The notes under the pieces were generated by a model. That model was not told the origin of the DNA. It did no database searches and saw only the letters and a program-made list of their open reading frames with translations. The position numbers and the translations under genes were made by a program. This document shows positions 28,180-42,300 of a stretch of 64,000 nt of DNA, piece by piece. This DNA comes from Eledone cirrhosa (lineage: Eukaryota): the NCBI GenBank assembly GCA_964016885.1, contig OZ024741.1, positions 348,130,001-348,194,000 of the forward strand. Direction: 5' to 3'. Within the stretch, counting starts at the first letter, position 1, and every line of letters begins with the position of its first letter.

Positions 28180-29425
28180 AAAATCATCAACAAACTCAAA
28201 TAAATTACGTTGTAGAAAGTATATCTGGTATAATCCCATTTTTAATGCTTCGATTAGTACAAAACTATCTCTTTCATTCTTTAAGTTAATTAACAAGCAT
28301 GTCCCTAGTTCCCATAAATACAGTAAAATTCTAAACTCTAAGACTATTAAGCTATCATACTCCACTGCACCAAACCTTGAAGCATACATAAAAAAAACTT
28401 AACTTAAAGCAATTATTAAACAACAAAACAAAATATTTTAGTAACATGAGCATAACGTAATATCGGCCTCCCAACCACCAAATGGGAGACGGGTAATACA
28501 CAACCCATCTGAACTGCTATCCCAACCTATCCATGGTATACCTGCTACCTACAACAAAACCTGTAACTGCCACCTACCCAAAAGATGCCAATTGAAGAAT
28601 AAATGCCTAGAGTCCAACATTGTTTATCAATGCACTGTCGAATCGAACGACCAGAAATGGTATTACATCGAGTATACCACTACCTCCTTTAAATCTCGCT
28701 GGTATCGTCATCGATTTTTGATTAAACATCCTAAACACCGTCTTATGACTACGCTCGCCAATAAAACCTGGCAACTTCGTGAATGCAACCGGCAGGTCAC
28801 CTTGAAATGGGATAAATTATTCAGCATATCTAAGTGGATTGAAGTACTGCAGATTATGCAACCTTGAACTCTTTATATCTGAAAATTCAAAAACAAATTA
28901 ATAAATGACAGAATCGAACGATCGTTATACTGCAACTACAAACTGAAGGCTAAATTCTCTCACTATAAAATAACTTAACATTCGAACCCGAGACTACAGC
29001 CTCACATTCTTGCTAATTTATCTCAATAACTACTTCCTAACTATATCTCCCACCCCCCAAACTGCAAGCCAATACCCTGCTTATCATTATAAATGGATAC
29101 TTGAGTGCGATTTGCAGACTACAACTATGAACTCGATGTATCCCCTTCTCGTAGCTTTCCTCTGTCTCCTCTCTCTATCTCTATTTCTTTCTCTCTCTCC
29201 CTTCCTCTCTCCATCTATCTCTCTCTCGCCCTCGGTCTACCTCCCTCCCTCTCCACATCTATGAACCTGCTCTCTGTGGGAATAAATAATTGCAAACTTG
29301 AATATATCAACACAATGCCTAAGTTGTCACTTTGAGAGTAAACAGTATAATAAAACCCCTACCACAACATTCTGATTAAGCTATTTGTATTCTTCAAACC
29401 ACTCTCTCCGATTTCTCCAACCCCT

Positions 29426-29492
<67 letters not shown>

Positions 29493-29790
29493 TCCCCCCC
29501 TCTCTCTCTCGCTGTCTCTCCCTCTCCCCTTCTTTCTCACTTCCTTTTTCTACTCTATCTTCCCCAATAACTACCTTTAAGATATACAAGGGTATTTATA
29601 TTTTAACTATTCTGCTCTGACGAAACGGTAGAAGCAGCATTTGAAAATTGAGTTTCTGCAAACAAATAATTACCAATTTGCACATAGCATGACTAGGCTG
29701 TATAACTACTGTTGAAACATTTGTAAGTACTCGGAATAAATTACCTTTTTATGATATCTACCTGTTATTATTCATTCTTTATCTACACTC
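28180..29790 (+). mobile_element. 5'-truncated decayed Naiad-type PLE with 3' UTR and HHR
   Basis: CNCHLPKRCQLKNKCLESNIVYQC..YYIEYTTTSFKSRWYRH..TTLANKTWQL; HHR at 29608-29739. Confidence 0.8.
29608..29739 (+). ncRNA. Type I HHR with long loop II
   Basis: TGCT CTGACGA AACGGTAG...CTACTGTT GAAA CATTTG TA AGTA, with distal stem I TATTCT/GGAATA. Confidence 0.7.
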
Positions 29791-29794
29791 CGGA

Positions 29795-29966
29795 ATGCAC
29801 GAGGCCAGAAAATTACCCAGTTCATTACTGGCACTTTATTCTATCGACCCCGTAAGGATGAAAGGCAAAGTAAACATCGGCGGGATTTGAACTCAGATCG
29901 TAAAGGGACGTAACTATGCTAAAAAGCATGGCGTCCGACCCTATTCCGATACTGCCAATCCACGCC
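29795..29966 (-). mobile_element. SINE family A
   Basis: Core plus tRNA-like head, as in the other copies. Confidence 0.85.
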
Positions 29967-30132
29967 ACACTGTTCCGTGTTTAATGTGGGGTGGTATTGA
30001 GACCTATTGATACTCACAATCTCCCAACCCCACTGGCTTTCAGCGGACTGCCACTGACGTGGTGGCTAGCAGTAAGCTATATATTACAGGTCATTGTTTG
30101 GTTGAGAGAAGGAACTGCCTAGGTGAATTTCT

Positions 30133-31302
30133 TTGAACTCTGCGGTAGCTAATGGTCAACTTCCTTTGAACCTGCGCCTGCGCAGACCGGTGGGGATGAA
30201 TTGGTACTCACAAGGGAACGGATGAAGAACCCAAGAGCACCGACTTCGTCCGTTCCCATGTCGATTCAATTTGGATTGCCTCGACACCATAACCTTATTA
30301 TGTAATAAGCTATCTGACGATATCGCGGCACTGGCGCATGGAACAGTGTGGCCACTGTCGCCATTGAAATATATATCACAGCATTATTATTAAAGGACTT
30401 GAACATATGAAACTACTTCGCTTTTCCTTATTTACTCCGTCACTCCTATGTGGAATAAGTACGTTGAGTGCTTGAATTGAATTGCATCAATATTTACCTT
30501 AAGAATTTAGCTCCAATTAGTTGAGCACTGAATGATGTACCGATATAGTGGATAAGAGAGGAACCAGCCACCAGGTACACCCGGAAATCCCCTCTCCCTT
30601 GGGATGAAAATCCTTGATACTGGACGGACCTAAAAATAACTTTCGGCAGGATAAATACGCGGAAATAAAATCAACGATAAAACTCCATTTTCCTGCACCA
30701 AATTGCATTTGAACAGAAACCCCCTCAATTCAATCTTTATATGGACACATTGACAATCATATTAATCATGTATCTCCTATCTCATTTTGCATATCTACTG
30801 TATATATTTTTTTGCATTTATTGGATATGTTTGTGTGTTTTTTTTCTTTTGTGTATTTTATATCTGTGTTTTTGTTTTGTTTTGTTCCATGTGATGAACA
30901 TTCTAACTATGTACCCGACTAACTACTACCTTTCATACTTGAACTCTGAGGTAGCTAATGGTCAACTTCCTTCGAACCTGCGCCTGCGCAGACCGGTGGG
31001 GTGAATTGGTACTCACAAGGGAACAGATGAAGAAACAAGAGCACACACTTCGTCCGTTCCCATGTCGATTCAATTTGGATTGCCTCTGAAACATAACCTT
31101 ATTTTGTAACAAACTGTCTGACGATGTCGCAGCACTGGCACACGGAATAGTGTGGCCACTGTCGCCATTGAAATATGTATCACAGCATTATTATTAAAGG
31201 ACTTGAACATCTGAAACTACTTCGCTTTTCCATATTCGATATTTACTCCGTCACTCCTATGTGGAATAAGTATGTTGAGTGCTTGAATTGAATTGCATCA
31301 AT
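30133..31302 (+). mobile_element. Non-autonomous PLE-like element with two ~360-bp direct repeats (806-bp period), each carrying an HHR
   Basis: 30133-30492 matches 30939-31302; HHRs at 30309-30382 and 31114-31185 (CTGACGA...GAAA TATATA TC ACAGC). Confidence 0.8.
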
Positions 31303-31335
31303 ATATATATATATATATATGGGGGGGGGGTGTAG

Positions 31336-31552
31336 TGAAGGCGCGTGTATAAGTGGTAAGAAAATTGAACTCTCAATGGTGAGGTTGTGAGTTCGATTCC
31401 TGGACCGGGCGATGCGTTATGTCCTTGAGCAAGACATTTTATTTCAGGATGCTCCTTCTACCTGGAGTTGCGACCGATAGATAGTATTAGCAATTGGAAA
31501 GACCAATGGAAACGTTGTTTCCTCGGTCCGATTTCACGAAAGTCAATCGACT
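31336..31552 (+). mobile_element. tRNA-derived SINE family B (CORE-like)
   Basis: B box GAGTTCGATTCC followed by TGTCCTTGAGCAAGACA; second copy at 49833-50050. Confidence 0.8.
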
Positions 31553-32292
31553 GTCATGTGTGTGTGTATGTGTGTGTTTGTGTGTGTGTTTGTATCTATC
31601 TATTTACTTATTTGTCATGTATCTATCAATATATATATATATATATATATTTGCCACAAAAAGGCCGTATATAATCGTGGTGGGATGCTTCCGTCTGAGG
31701 TGTAATCTGTAGATTTATAACAGATAAAATGATTGATCTCTCTAACTCGAATGCTACCCTCTGATACTTAGCATTAACTACATAATTCATAGTTGATTAC
31801 TCCCAGTTAATTGTACATGTGATTTTATAACGGGGTGTCCTATAGACACATGTGGATTAGAGTGAAATGAAATATCAGTAAATATGTCTTCTATACTGAT
31901 TACATTGTGCCCGTACACCTAGAAAAGCCACTTTGGTTTGCAGCTATATATTATTTCACTATTAAAATATAGTCGTTCGATGACTGATGTATATTGTAAA
32001 ATAATCTAGAGATAATGTGGTATAATGCACTGAATGTATTACAATAAAACAAATAATCACTTTCCTGACCATTTTTATGGCATGTAGTAAAATGAGACAT
32101 GAAAGCATTCGTTTATGTATGGTCTGAAAAAATTGGAATTATATACATCAAAGAACAAATGAAGAGTGAAGGAGGAAACACCACAATTCCTGGGCTGAAG
32201 CTCACATTGTTACTTCCAATCATAAAAGTAATGAACCACTACTGACTATAAACTAAATGGTGATATGAAGTATGAATTAAAAAATATATATA

Positions 32293-32346
<54 letters not shown>

Positions 32347-33800
32347 TAGATAGATAGATATATAGATATTTAGTTATATAACAAGCATCTAAAATGATAT
32401 TTGAATTTGTAAAAGAGATTACTAGTAAAGATGAAAATATATTTTTACAGATTCGTTTACTTATAAATTGGATGTATCGATTTTTTATGTGTCAAATTCA
32501 TTTTGATTTATTTTTGCATTTTTCTATTTGAAAGTGATGCCCGTTTGAAAACGAATTTAAGATACGTATTAAACATAAATTCTAGTTTTATCTAAACTTC
32601 GAAACACTTTTAAACGTTTGTGTCAAAAACGCCGCGGAACAACGATATAAAATATACTTTCACATTAACAAATTTGATATGAGAAACGTCATCAATTAAT
32701 ATATTCTTTTACACATTAAAATACACAACACTTATTACTTATATTATATATTTTGTTCGGTCAACGGTTTAGTTAAATAATGTAAGTCTTCGCCACTTAA
32801 ATAATTTCCCTTGTGCTGTGGAATTGTGTCGGTCTAATTTTCTTTTTCTTAAAAGCTCATTATTTTAAAAACAAATTCGCTGGGGAATATTAACCTGATA
32901 TGATCGGTTAAAAATGTGATTCTTACATTGACGCGACATCAGATAAACTTTCAAAATGAAACCAATTAATTATATTGCTTTTCAAGTGTCATTCTTTTTC
33001 CCCAGAGAAAGTGAAGCACGCTACCAGAAGAAAGCTCATAATATGTTGGGGTTTGTTGGGTTAACACAACATGCAACACCATATTTAAAATGCTGAAGAA
33101 TATATTTGAAAATAATGTAATTTTATATAGGGGTCTGGCATGCTTATTATTCCCATGATTTAGGCGGATATAACCGAACTGCTTTATGCAGGTTTTTATT
33201 ATGAAAATTAATATGGCTTAAAATGTGAGCACTTACGACCCGAACATATATTTGGCAAATAACTGTGAATAAAATGCAATTCATGAAATATAATTTACCA
33301 ATAAATTAAGAGGCAACAGTAAAAAAATATTACAATGGCACATGTTGTAAACTAGCCTCTCTGCGACAGTGTCATTTCAATTTAATTTACGTTGGGATAA
33401 TACAAAATATTTCAATTCGCATATTACAATAAACCATTCGACTAACTTACTCATACATATTAACACATACCATTGCACAACTGGGTTGCAAAAACGTATT
33501 TACTGTCAGAAGAAATTAACAAATAAAGCAGTATAGATTATATGAAGCAATGTGTGGGATTTGATTAAGATTGATTCAGGAAGCCTGTTTCAATGCAAAT
33601 AAGAAATCCAACAAAGAATATATGAGATGTCCACTTCATGTTTCATTATATTTCCACAACACATCTATTTTACTTGATAACTCATGGTATGGTGAAGGAT
33701 AGACAGTATCTCCCAAATATCATGCAAAATATCAACGGACAATTTCTTGCACATCATTGGTGATATGCCTATACTTTAAATAGTGTGTATATTTAGGGTC

Positions 33801-33853
<53 letters not shown>

Positions 33854-33863
33854 TATGTGTGTA

Positions 33864-33914
<51 letters not shown>

Positions 33915-34100
33915 AACCAGGTGGACCATGACACACCAAAGTACTCAATACTTAGGGTAGTAGAGTGGGTAATAGGAACGAATAGGACCCCGACGGCTCA
34001 GCTCAAGCCGTTTCAACGGCTAATTCTGGACCAATATATATGTATTTATATATAATTATATATATATATATATATTTATATATATTTATATATTTATATA

Positions 34101-34138
<38 letters not shown>

Positions 34139-34554
34139 TATATATATAAAAACAAGTTTTCCTACTTAGACAGGGGAAAATATTGAGCATTGCAATTAAA
34201 ATACTTTTTCAAAAAATGATATTCAAATTACATACATAATTGCAAAATTATTGATATTACCAACAATTGCATTATGCTAATTAAATTTGTCATGTTGCAA
34301 TTTCATCAATAAAAGGTGAAACCATTTTATTTTGATTCTTATAAATTTTGAATAGGAAGCAGAGCAGACGGAGAAATGACTGTCAATAGAATGTCAGATA
34401 GATTGTTTTGCGTTATTCAAAGTGTCTCCCCACGGTATGTGTTCAAATCGCAACGAGATCAACAATGTCTTTCATCATTTCTCAATCGATAGCGAAAATA
34501 CCTGTTGAGTCATTAGATCGATATTATGCTCGTAGTATTGTCAATTTCACTCAA

Positions 34555-34656
<102 letters not shown>

Positions 34657-34774
34657 CCCCCTCTCTTTCTTTATCTCTCTCTCTTTTTCAGAAATCAACC
34701 TTCGCAACTAGAAGATACATAAAACACGTTGTATGGCATGACAATTCCCCCTGGCACTCCATTATTAATCACCT

Positions 34775-34819
<45 letters not shown>

Positions 34820-34979
34820 AACGAGTAGAACCCCGACGGCTGAGCTCAAGCCGTTTCGACGGCTAATCTGGAGCTCAGCCGTCGGGGTCCTACTCGTTCC
34901 TATTACCCACTCTACTACCCTAAGTATTGAGTATTTTGGTGCGTTATGGTCCACCTGGTTCCTTACCACATTTCCTTCG

Positions 34980-35040
<61 letters not shown>

Positions 35041-35044
35041 TATG

Positions 35045-35269
35045 CAGGGTTCAATCGGGGGTAACCACAGTTAATAAGGTCTCAGTACTTAGCACAGTAT
35101 AAATATTTAATATAGAAATGGCTTTTACAGAACTAGAAATGTTTCATTCATATATGTATATATATATAGCTCACCATACCGGTATGTTGAACTATCTGTT
35201 GTGTACTACCTAACTCGTCCCATGGACTGAGTGCTCTACCACTACGGATATTACCTTCCAATGTTCTAC

Positions 35270-35306
<37 letters not shown>

Positions 35307-35457
35307 TATTTTTATTTAATATAGAAATGCCTTCTACGGGACTAGGAATCTTTCATTCGGAGGAAATCATCAGGGCTTTTCTGATAAATTCCTTCGAATG
35401 AAACAGTTCTACTTCCGTAAAAGCCATTTCTATATTAAATATTTATACTGTGCTTAG

Positions 35458-35460
<3 letters not shown>
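35045..35460. mobile_element. Composite of short inverted PLE tails between (TA)n tracts
   Basis: 35087-35150 and 35315-35380 are reverse complements of 35385-35460; 35168-35275 matches the 10337 family. Confidence 0.6.
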
Positions 35461-35499
<39 letters not shown>

Positions 35500-35861
35500 T
35501 ATATATATATACACACACGTATATATATATATATATATACATTTTTTTCCATTTATTTTATTTCTCGTTTTCATTGTTAAATTTAACGTTTATTATTTTT
35601 GTCAAAGTTTTTTGCTATCATTTTCACCCCCTTCAAATCTAAGAATAAATGTATATAAACAAATCCCAGGACCTCTGTCAAGAATTTAGATATGTATTTG
35701 CACGTATAAGCTCCCATACCAGACGAAATGACAAAAAAGATTCTGGCCCCGTTACCTTGATTGTACCTTTCGCTGTCCATATAAATTGCAATATACAAAT
35801 TAAGTTGATACATATGCTGCAACACTGGCTTCGTTTCTTTTAAATCTCTCTCTCTCTCTCG

Positions 35862-35912
<51 letters not shown>

Positions 35913-35916
35913 AATG

Positions 35917-35991
<75 letters not shown>

Positions 35992-36280
35992 AATGGTACA
36001 TATATATGTGTGTTTGTGTGTGAATATATTCTTTTGCAGACGAAAGAAATTCAGCATATCGTGAGGGAGTAAATATTAGTCGAAAATATGTTATTAATTA
36101 ATTTGAGCGTGTTTACTGTGCCAAAATTCCCGATAACATGAAAAATATCGCTCGAGTTAATCTATTCTTTTTTATACGTTCACTAGACACAATAACATAC
36201 TTATAAAGGAATGTCTAGTCCTGTATATTTTCTATGCATATATTACAAATCCCATTCTCTTTTTCCACTCTATCTCTATA

Positions 36281-36548
36281 TAATTGTTTCTACTTTTTGG
36301 CACAAGGCCTCCAATAACCCAGTGTATTACTGGTACTTTATTTTATCGACCCCGTAAGGATGAAAGGCAAAGTTAACCTCGTTGGGATTTGAACTCAGAT
36401 GATATAGGGCTGTAACTCTATGCGTCAAAGCATGGAGTCTGGCCCTCTACTGATACTGCCAATCCATCTATCCCTATATAATTGTTTCTACTTTAGGCAC
36501 AAGGCCAGCAATTACCCAGTACATTACTGGTACTTTATTTTATCGATA
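36281..36548 (-). mobile_element. SINE family A, one full and one partial copy in tandem
   Basis: The 3' end AATTGTTTCTAC..GGCACAAGGCC occurs twice, with the core. Confidence 0.8.
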
Positions 36549-36596
36549 TAATATAGATAGATATATGTACACACACACACACACACATGTATATTG

Positions 36597-36664
<68 letters not shown>

Positions 36665-36729
36665 CATATATATATTTGTGTCTGTGTGTGTATATATATA
36701 TTTGTGTGTGTATATATATATATATATAT

Positions 36730-37960
36730 GCAAATGATATCAACTTCATCTAGTATCAACAACAAAACCAAATTATACACAGCCCTATCAACTGCAACTG
36801 GAAGATCAAAAGTAAATGTGATTATAGAAATGGTTCATTTCCCTAATCATTATCAATGCGAAGAAACATATTTGACGAATTAACTACTGATACCACAAAA
36901 GTCCATCAAGATACTAGGCATTTCGCTACAATCTGACTTGAAATGGGAAGATCGTCTGAAACACGCACTGAAAAAAAATGAAAAAATGACTTCAACATGG
37001 TATGCAATTAAAATTATTTCAACGAATTCCCGCTGCCTAACATACAGCCTCTGGATACTGTATTATAAGCGAGTCATCAACGCTCAATTGTTATATGGCA
37101 GCTGGGTTGAGGACACAAAGTACTGCTATCTTCAAGCTATTAATAGATTCCGTATACGAATTGGCAAAATCGTACGGGGATGTCTACGATCTACTAAAAA
37201 GATAGTGATTTTCATGGAGGGTTATCCCCAACACACTTGGTCTTAGAAGAATCCAGGAAATGCAAATGTAAATTGAAACAGCATGATACTTTGATTCCTT
37301 CATGGATAGGACTAATAAATGCGTTTAAAATAATGATTAAAAACCCCCAAAATGAAACAAAATTACTATACAAAATTACTAACACACAGTCAATGTATTT
37401 GAACGGGTAGGTCGGCTATACAGACGGGCATATTCAGAAAAGGGGGTGTGTTGTGGAGCTACTGGGCCTTTTGAAAATAATTATAGAGATATGAAAATTA
37501 GATTACATCGGGATTACACTATATTTGCTGCAGAATGGCGAGGAATTACATTATCCAAAATTCGTTAAATGATTGCCCTGGAAAAAAGTTTTTTTTTTAT
37601 TTAGTGATAGTCTATTGAACCTAAAGAAAGGGGTGGGATTAGAGATATTAAGAACCCTCTGCTAAAATAGATACCTACCTCTCAGTGAAAAAAAAGAAAT
37701 AACAGTGATTTGGATACCGAGCCATAGCGATATTAGAGAAAATAGGAAAGCAGACAAATTTGCAAACGATGAAGTACAAAATGAAATAATAGATATAGAC
37801 TACATCTCAAATCCTTCGAAGGTAAAATTATTTGACACATATATAATTAGTCAAGGCTGGGAAACATTTTGTGAAGAATCCAGTGATAAGCTCACAGATT
37901 TCAATCTGCCAATTTCTCAACCAGATTTGACAACATTCAAAACTCATCGATCATTGAGTA
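36730..37960 (+). mobile_element. I-group LINE relic (RT C-terminus plus RNase H)
   Basis: KILGISLQSDLKW, LLYGSW, GCLRST, YTDG, TIFAAE, SDSL, WIPSHSDIRENRKADKFA. Confidence 0.8.
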
Positions 37961-38307
37961 ATGCAAACAAAAAAGATTCAACAGAAACTTCTAGCTGTTT
38001 TACAGCTTCCCTTGTTTCTTCTTTTCCTTATCTTTTTCGATTTCTTATGCATAATCTGCCTCCCATTGCCTTCAGTATTTCAAATGTTATTGTTATTTTA
38101 TTTTTTCTCTTCTTTAATGATACTTTTTTTTAATTAGTTGTCTTCCTATCTCTGTATGATTACCAACTGTAAGGAGTACTCGATACTTCCCCTAGTCTGT
38201 CATGGCTATGCAGACGTGTTTAAACTTAATAAATATATATACACCCACACGCACATACACACGCTTATGCATACACAAACATACATACGTTTATATATAT
38301 ATATTTA

Positions 38308-39308
38308 TATTGTTATATTTTGGGAGGGTCATGTTGCCAATAAGAAACACACGCACCATTTGTGTAACTTCAATTTATTATAATAAATTTATAAATTTAG
38401 GAATTTATAAATTTCTGGTTGGTTGGTTGGTTCCACAACCAGATAGTTGTTTATATATATTGTCAAAGTTCTTTCGTCACACATTATGTGACCTCTTCAG
38501 TGACTTGGGATTATTTTCTTTGTTTTTGTGCCTCTCCTTTTTTCTGTTCTACGCCATTTTGTTTCTGTGTGTGTGTGTTGTGTGCTCAGTCTGCGCATGC
38601 GCCACATCCGGGTGTCTGTGTGTGTTTATATTTGTTTATTTACATGTTACCGGTTGGTTGTTTGTTCTATGTGTGTGCTAAAATAGAACATAAGGGTAAA
38701 TTAGAGAACATAGAAATAAAATAGAATCTACACACAGAAAAGACGCAATGTTTAGACAAATCACAGAGGCAATAAACATAAAAGAATTACAACCAAAATT
38801 AAATAGAAAATATGAGTGGAACAGCAACATCACAACTTACAATTAAGGACAAAATGAAAACACACACACACATAGAACAAACAACCAACCGGTAACTGTA
38901 AATGTAAATAAACAAATAAATAAACAAATATAAACACACACAGACACCCGGATGTGACGCATGCGCAGACTGAGCACACAACACACACAGAGAAACAAAA
39001 TGACGTAGGACAGAACAAAGGAGAGGCACAAAAACAAAGAAAAGAATCCCTAGTCACCGAAGAGGTCACAGAATGTGTGACGAAAGAACTTTGACAATAT
39101 ATATAAACAACTATCTGGTTGTGGAACCAACCAACCAACCAGAAATTTATAAATTCCTAAATTTATAAATTTATTATAATAAATTGAAGTGAAGCATCTG
39201 GTGCGTGTGTTTCTTATTGGCAACATGACCCTCCCAAAGTATAACAATATCGGTTTCAACACACGGTTTCAGATAAAGAATCTTGCTAAACAAATTCAAA
39301 AACGAAAT
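38308..39308. mobile_element. 5'-truncated Neptune-related PLE with inverted pseudo-LTR
   Basis: 38308-38678 is inverted relative to 38860-39250. The spacer encodes an EN C-terminus (HRKDAMFRQITEAINIKELQPKLNRKYEW). HHR-like motifs at 38462-38504 (-) and 39053-39095 (+, mutated to CCGAAGA). Confidence 0.88.
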
Positions 39309-39311
39309 ATA

Positions 39312-39353
<42 letters not shown>

Positions 39354-42300
39354 TTTAATCCAATTTTGGGTTTTTTTTTAATCTCATTTGATCATCTGAC
39401 GTCCATCATACTAAAGGAGTCATGCTAAAACTCAAGAGACACTTACATGCGTATTGCCAAACAAATGAAATGTACCAAGATTTGACATATGTATTAAAAG
39501 AAATAAGACTTTTTACATGGTACACACGCACTTACCAAATACCATATTACTGACGGCTTTGAATCAGTATTTTATAGATATGATCCAATCATTATATTGA
39601 TATCTTCATTAGAAAAAAGATCTACATTTATGAAATATAAATGAAAAAATATATTTATCGTTCAGCATTTGATTGTCACAATTATCTCTACATAGTTGCA
39701 CTTATATTACTCAGTATAATGATACAAAATGCAAAGGTTTAACATCAAATATAATTGCCACACAAATGTGAAACTTTGAAGTAGATTGGGTAAATTCTTG
39801 CTTGCCTATATGCATATCGTTACGATTTCAATGTCTCCCGACAATGCTAAAGGTATTTCCTCTCATTGAAAAACTCTGGAATATTAATCAATTATTAAAG
39901 TGTATGTAATACACAAGTTTATCGACCGCCAGTTGGTGCTATATTGAAATATTTCCACACTGTCATTATTAGAATTCCATGAAGATCTGAAACGCTTATG
40001 TATGAGAAAAATATTTGAAATATTTTAATATTATTTCCGTCTTTCATTCAAGATATAAAAACAGTCGAGTCGGGAGATTTGATAATATCGAATATGCATC
40101 CTCCTGTATAATTGTGGCAATATTTAAAAGAATGACCATTATTCAGGAGAGCAACACGAAAACATTTCCTATTTCTATTAACCACAGCACGTGCTTACTC
40201 TATGATTCCAATCAGATATCTTCGAAATGTTTACAGGTTTGTAGGATTGTTTGAAAGGTGTGTGAGAATTTTAATACCTACCGGGAGGGCCAATATGTCT
40301 GAAAAACAGATAACAGCAGTTATAAAACAAGAAACCAACTATGCCTGACGAAACATGGTGGGACTCAACGGTGGAACCTACCAGCTGTATATCGTCTCTT
40401 TATAACTACATCATATCTATGTATCTATTTGGATTTGGCTACTACTACACAGACGGTGACGATGTAGCGCACCATTACATTGTGCTGGTTGTGTATTCCG
40501 TATTTGACAGTTGGATACGTTTTGATTGTCCTGGTTTTTATGTTTGTATGCTTTGAGACATTGTCATACGGCTACGAGAATCAGTCCTTCCTTTTCTGCT
40601 TTTTGTCTGGAAATTTTGAGCCATACTTTACTTTTCGCATGACACTTGTCTATTGAGCATTACAGCGTATTCGTCATGGATTGTATTTAAATCAATTTCT
40701 GGGTTATATTATTTAATCATTGTCATTGTTTGGGAATTTATCCATAGTCCCCGATCTTAGCGTCATCCAGCAGACTGTTTTCGTCGACAACCTGAGTTTG
40801 CCATATATTATCGGTTATACATTCCATATATTGTCAGTTATACATTTAGAAAAAAAACGTTTTTTCTTTATTTTCTATTCGCCCATATCATAGATCATCA
40901 CCAGTCTAAAAATATCATGTGAATGCCTATCTCCGTTCCGTGTATAATTCACGCAGACTCAAGCCTTTAATGAGGAAGGGAACGTCGATTATATCGATCA
41001 AAGTACTCGATAGGTACATCCATTTTATCGACCCACGAGGATGAGTGGGGAGGTTGATCTAATCGGGATTTGAAATCAAAATATCTGAGCAGGATATGAA
41101 ATAAAAAATGTAAAACTTTCCAAAAAATCGCGAAAATAGTTATCTGATTCTTTGACGATCTCCACAATCCAATACTTTTGCACTTACATTTTAAGATTGA
41201 ATTCAGTTAACGAAATATTTTCTTTAGAATGGTCCAATTTGTTAAATACGTTCAAGATGTCGTTTGAAGTAACTTCGTTCTAAATCAAGACATTGATCAT
41301 ATTCCCCCACCCCGCTTGACACATAATTTCAAAATCGTATAGGATAGATACTTTTATAAGGATTATCAATTGACTATTGATTATTAACTTTAGTTAAAAC
41401 ATTTATATCCGAATCTATTAAAAAAACCAACACCAAATGGTATGTTGTTCTGTGATGAAATTCTACAGAAGAAAATAAAAGTAAAAAAATGAAAGCAATA
41501 TAAAATATTCCACTCCAAATTATAAATACCCGATAATCTTATTTTAAAGCTCGGATATTGAATTCCATTGAATAAAATAAAAATAAAAATCTTTACGAAA
41601 CGAAATATATATCACAAGATTTGCGTTTAAACAGCAGTAAAATCAAATAAAATGTAATTTATTTATCTATAGAGCTGATTTATAAGAAATAATCAATGTT
41701 TTCTTCTTAACGTACCATCTGTCACTCGTTTGAATGCATCGAAGTGATTCTGCTATTGTGTACATAGCGAAAACCAGATGGACGCTTTGAATTGAGTTAG
41801 TGGAGCCGGACAAGCCTAGAATTGAAAGATCTGGGAAGCTTCGATATTTACATTCTGCGAAGAATATATAAATACATTGTGAACATTCTTTCTTTCTTTT
41901 TTTTCGCGTTTTCTCTTCTTTTAACATTCTTGTTTTTGATACTATTACCACGCACGTTTATTTGCGTCTTGTTTCTCGGATTTTATTTTCTCACCATCGA
42001 ATATTTACTCATCCTAAAGTAATATTTGTTTCTTTCCCAGACATGACAAATGCTAAAAAAATTGTTTAGTTCAGAGCAAATGGACAAAAATATATTCAAA
42101 TGTATAAGTATATTAAGAAATGTATTATTAGAAAACTCGTGTCACTGAACACTGGTTCTTTCGAATCATTTGTACTACATTCCTTTCAAGAGAATTTGTT
42201 AATCTCTCCTATGGGTTTCCTTAAGTATAGCTCGGTTTGGTCTTGTGTAAACAGAAAGATTTTTGAAAGAAGCAATGTTAAGCAACGTCATCTAAGCAAC

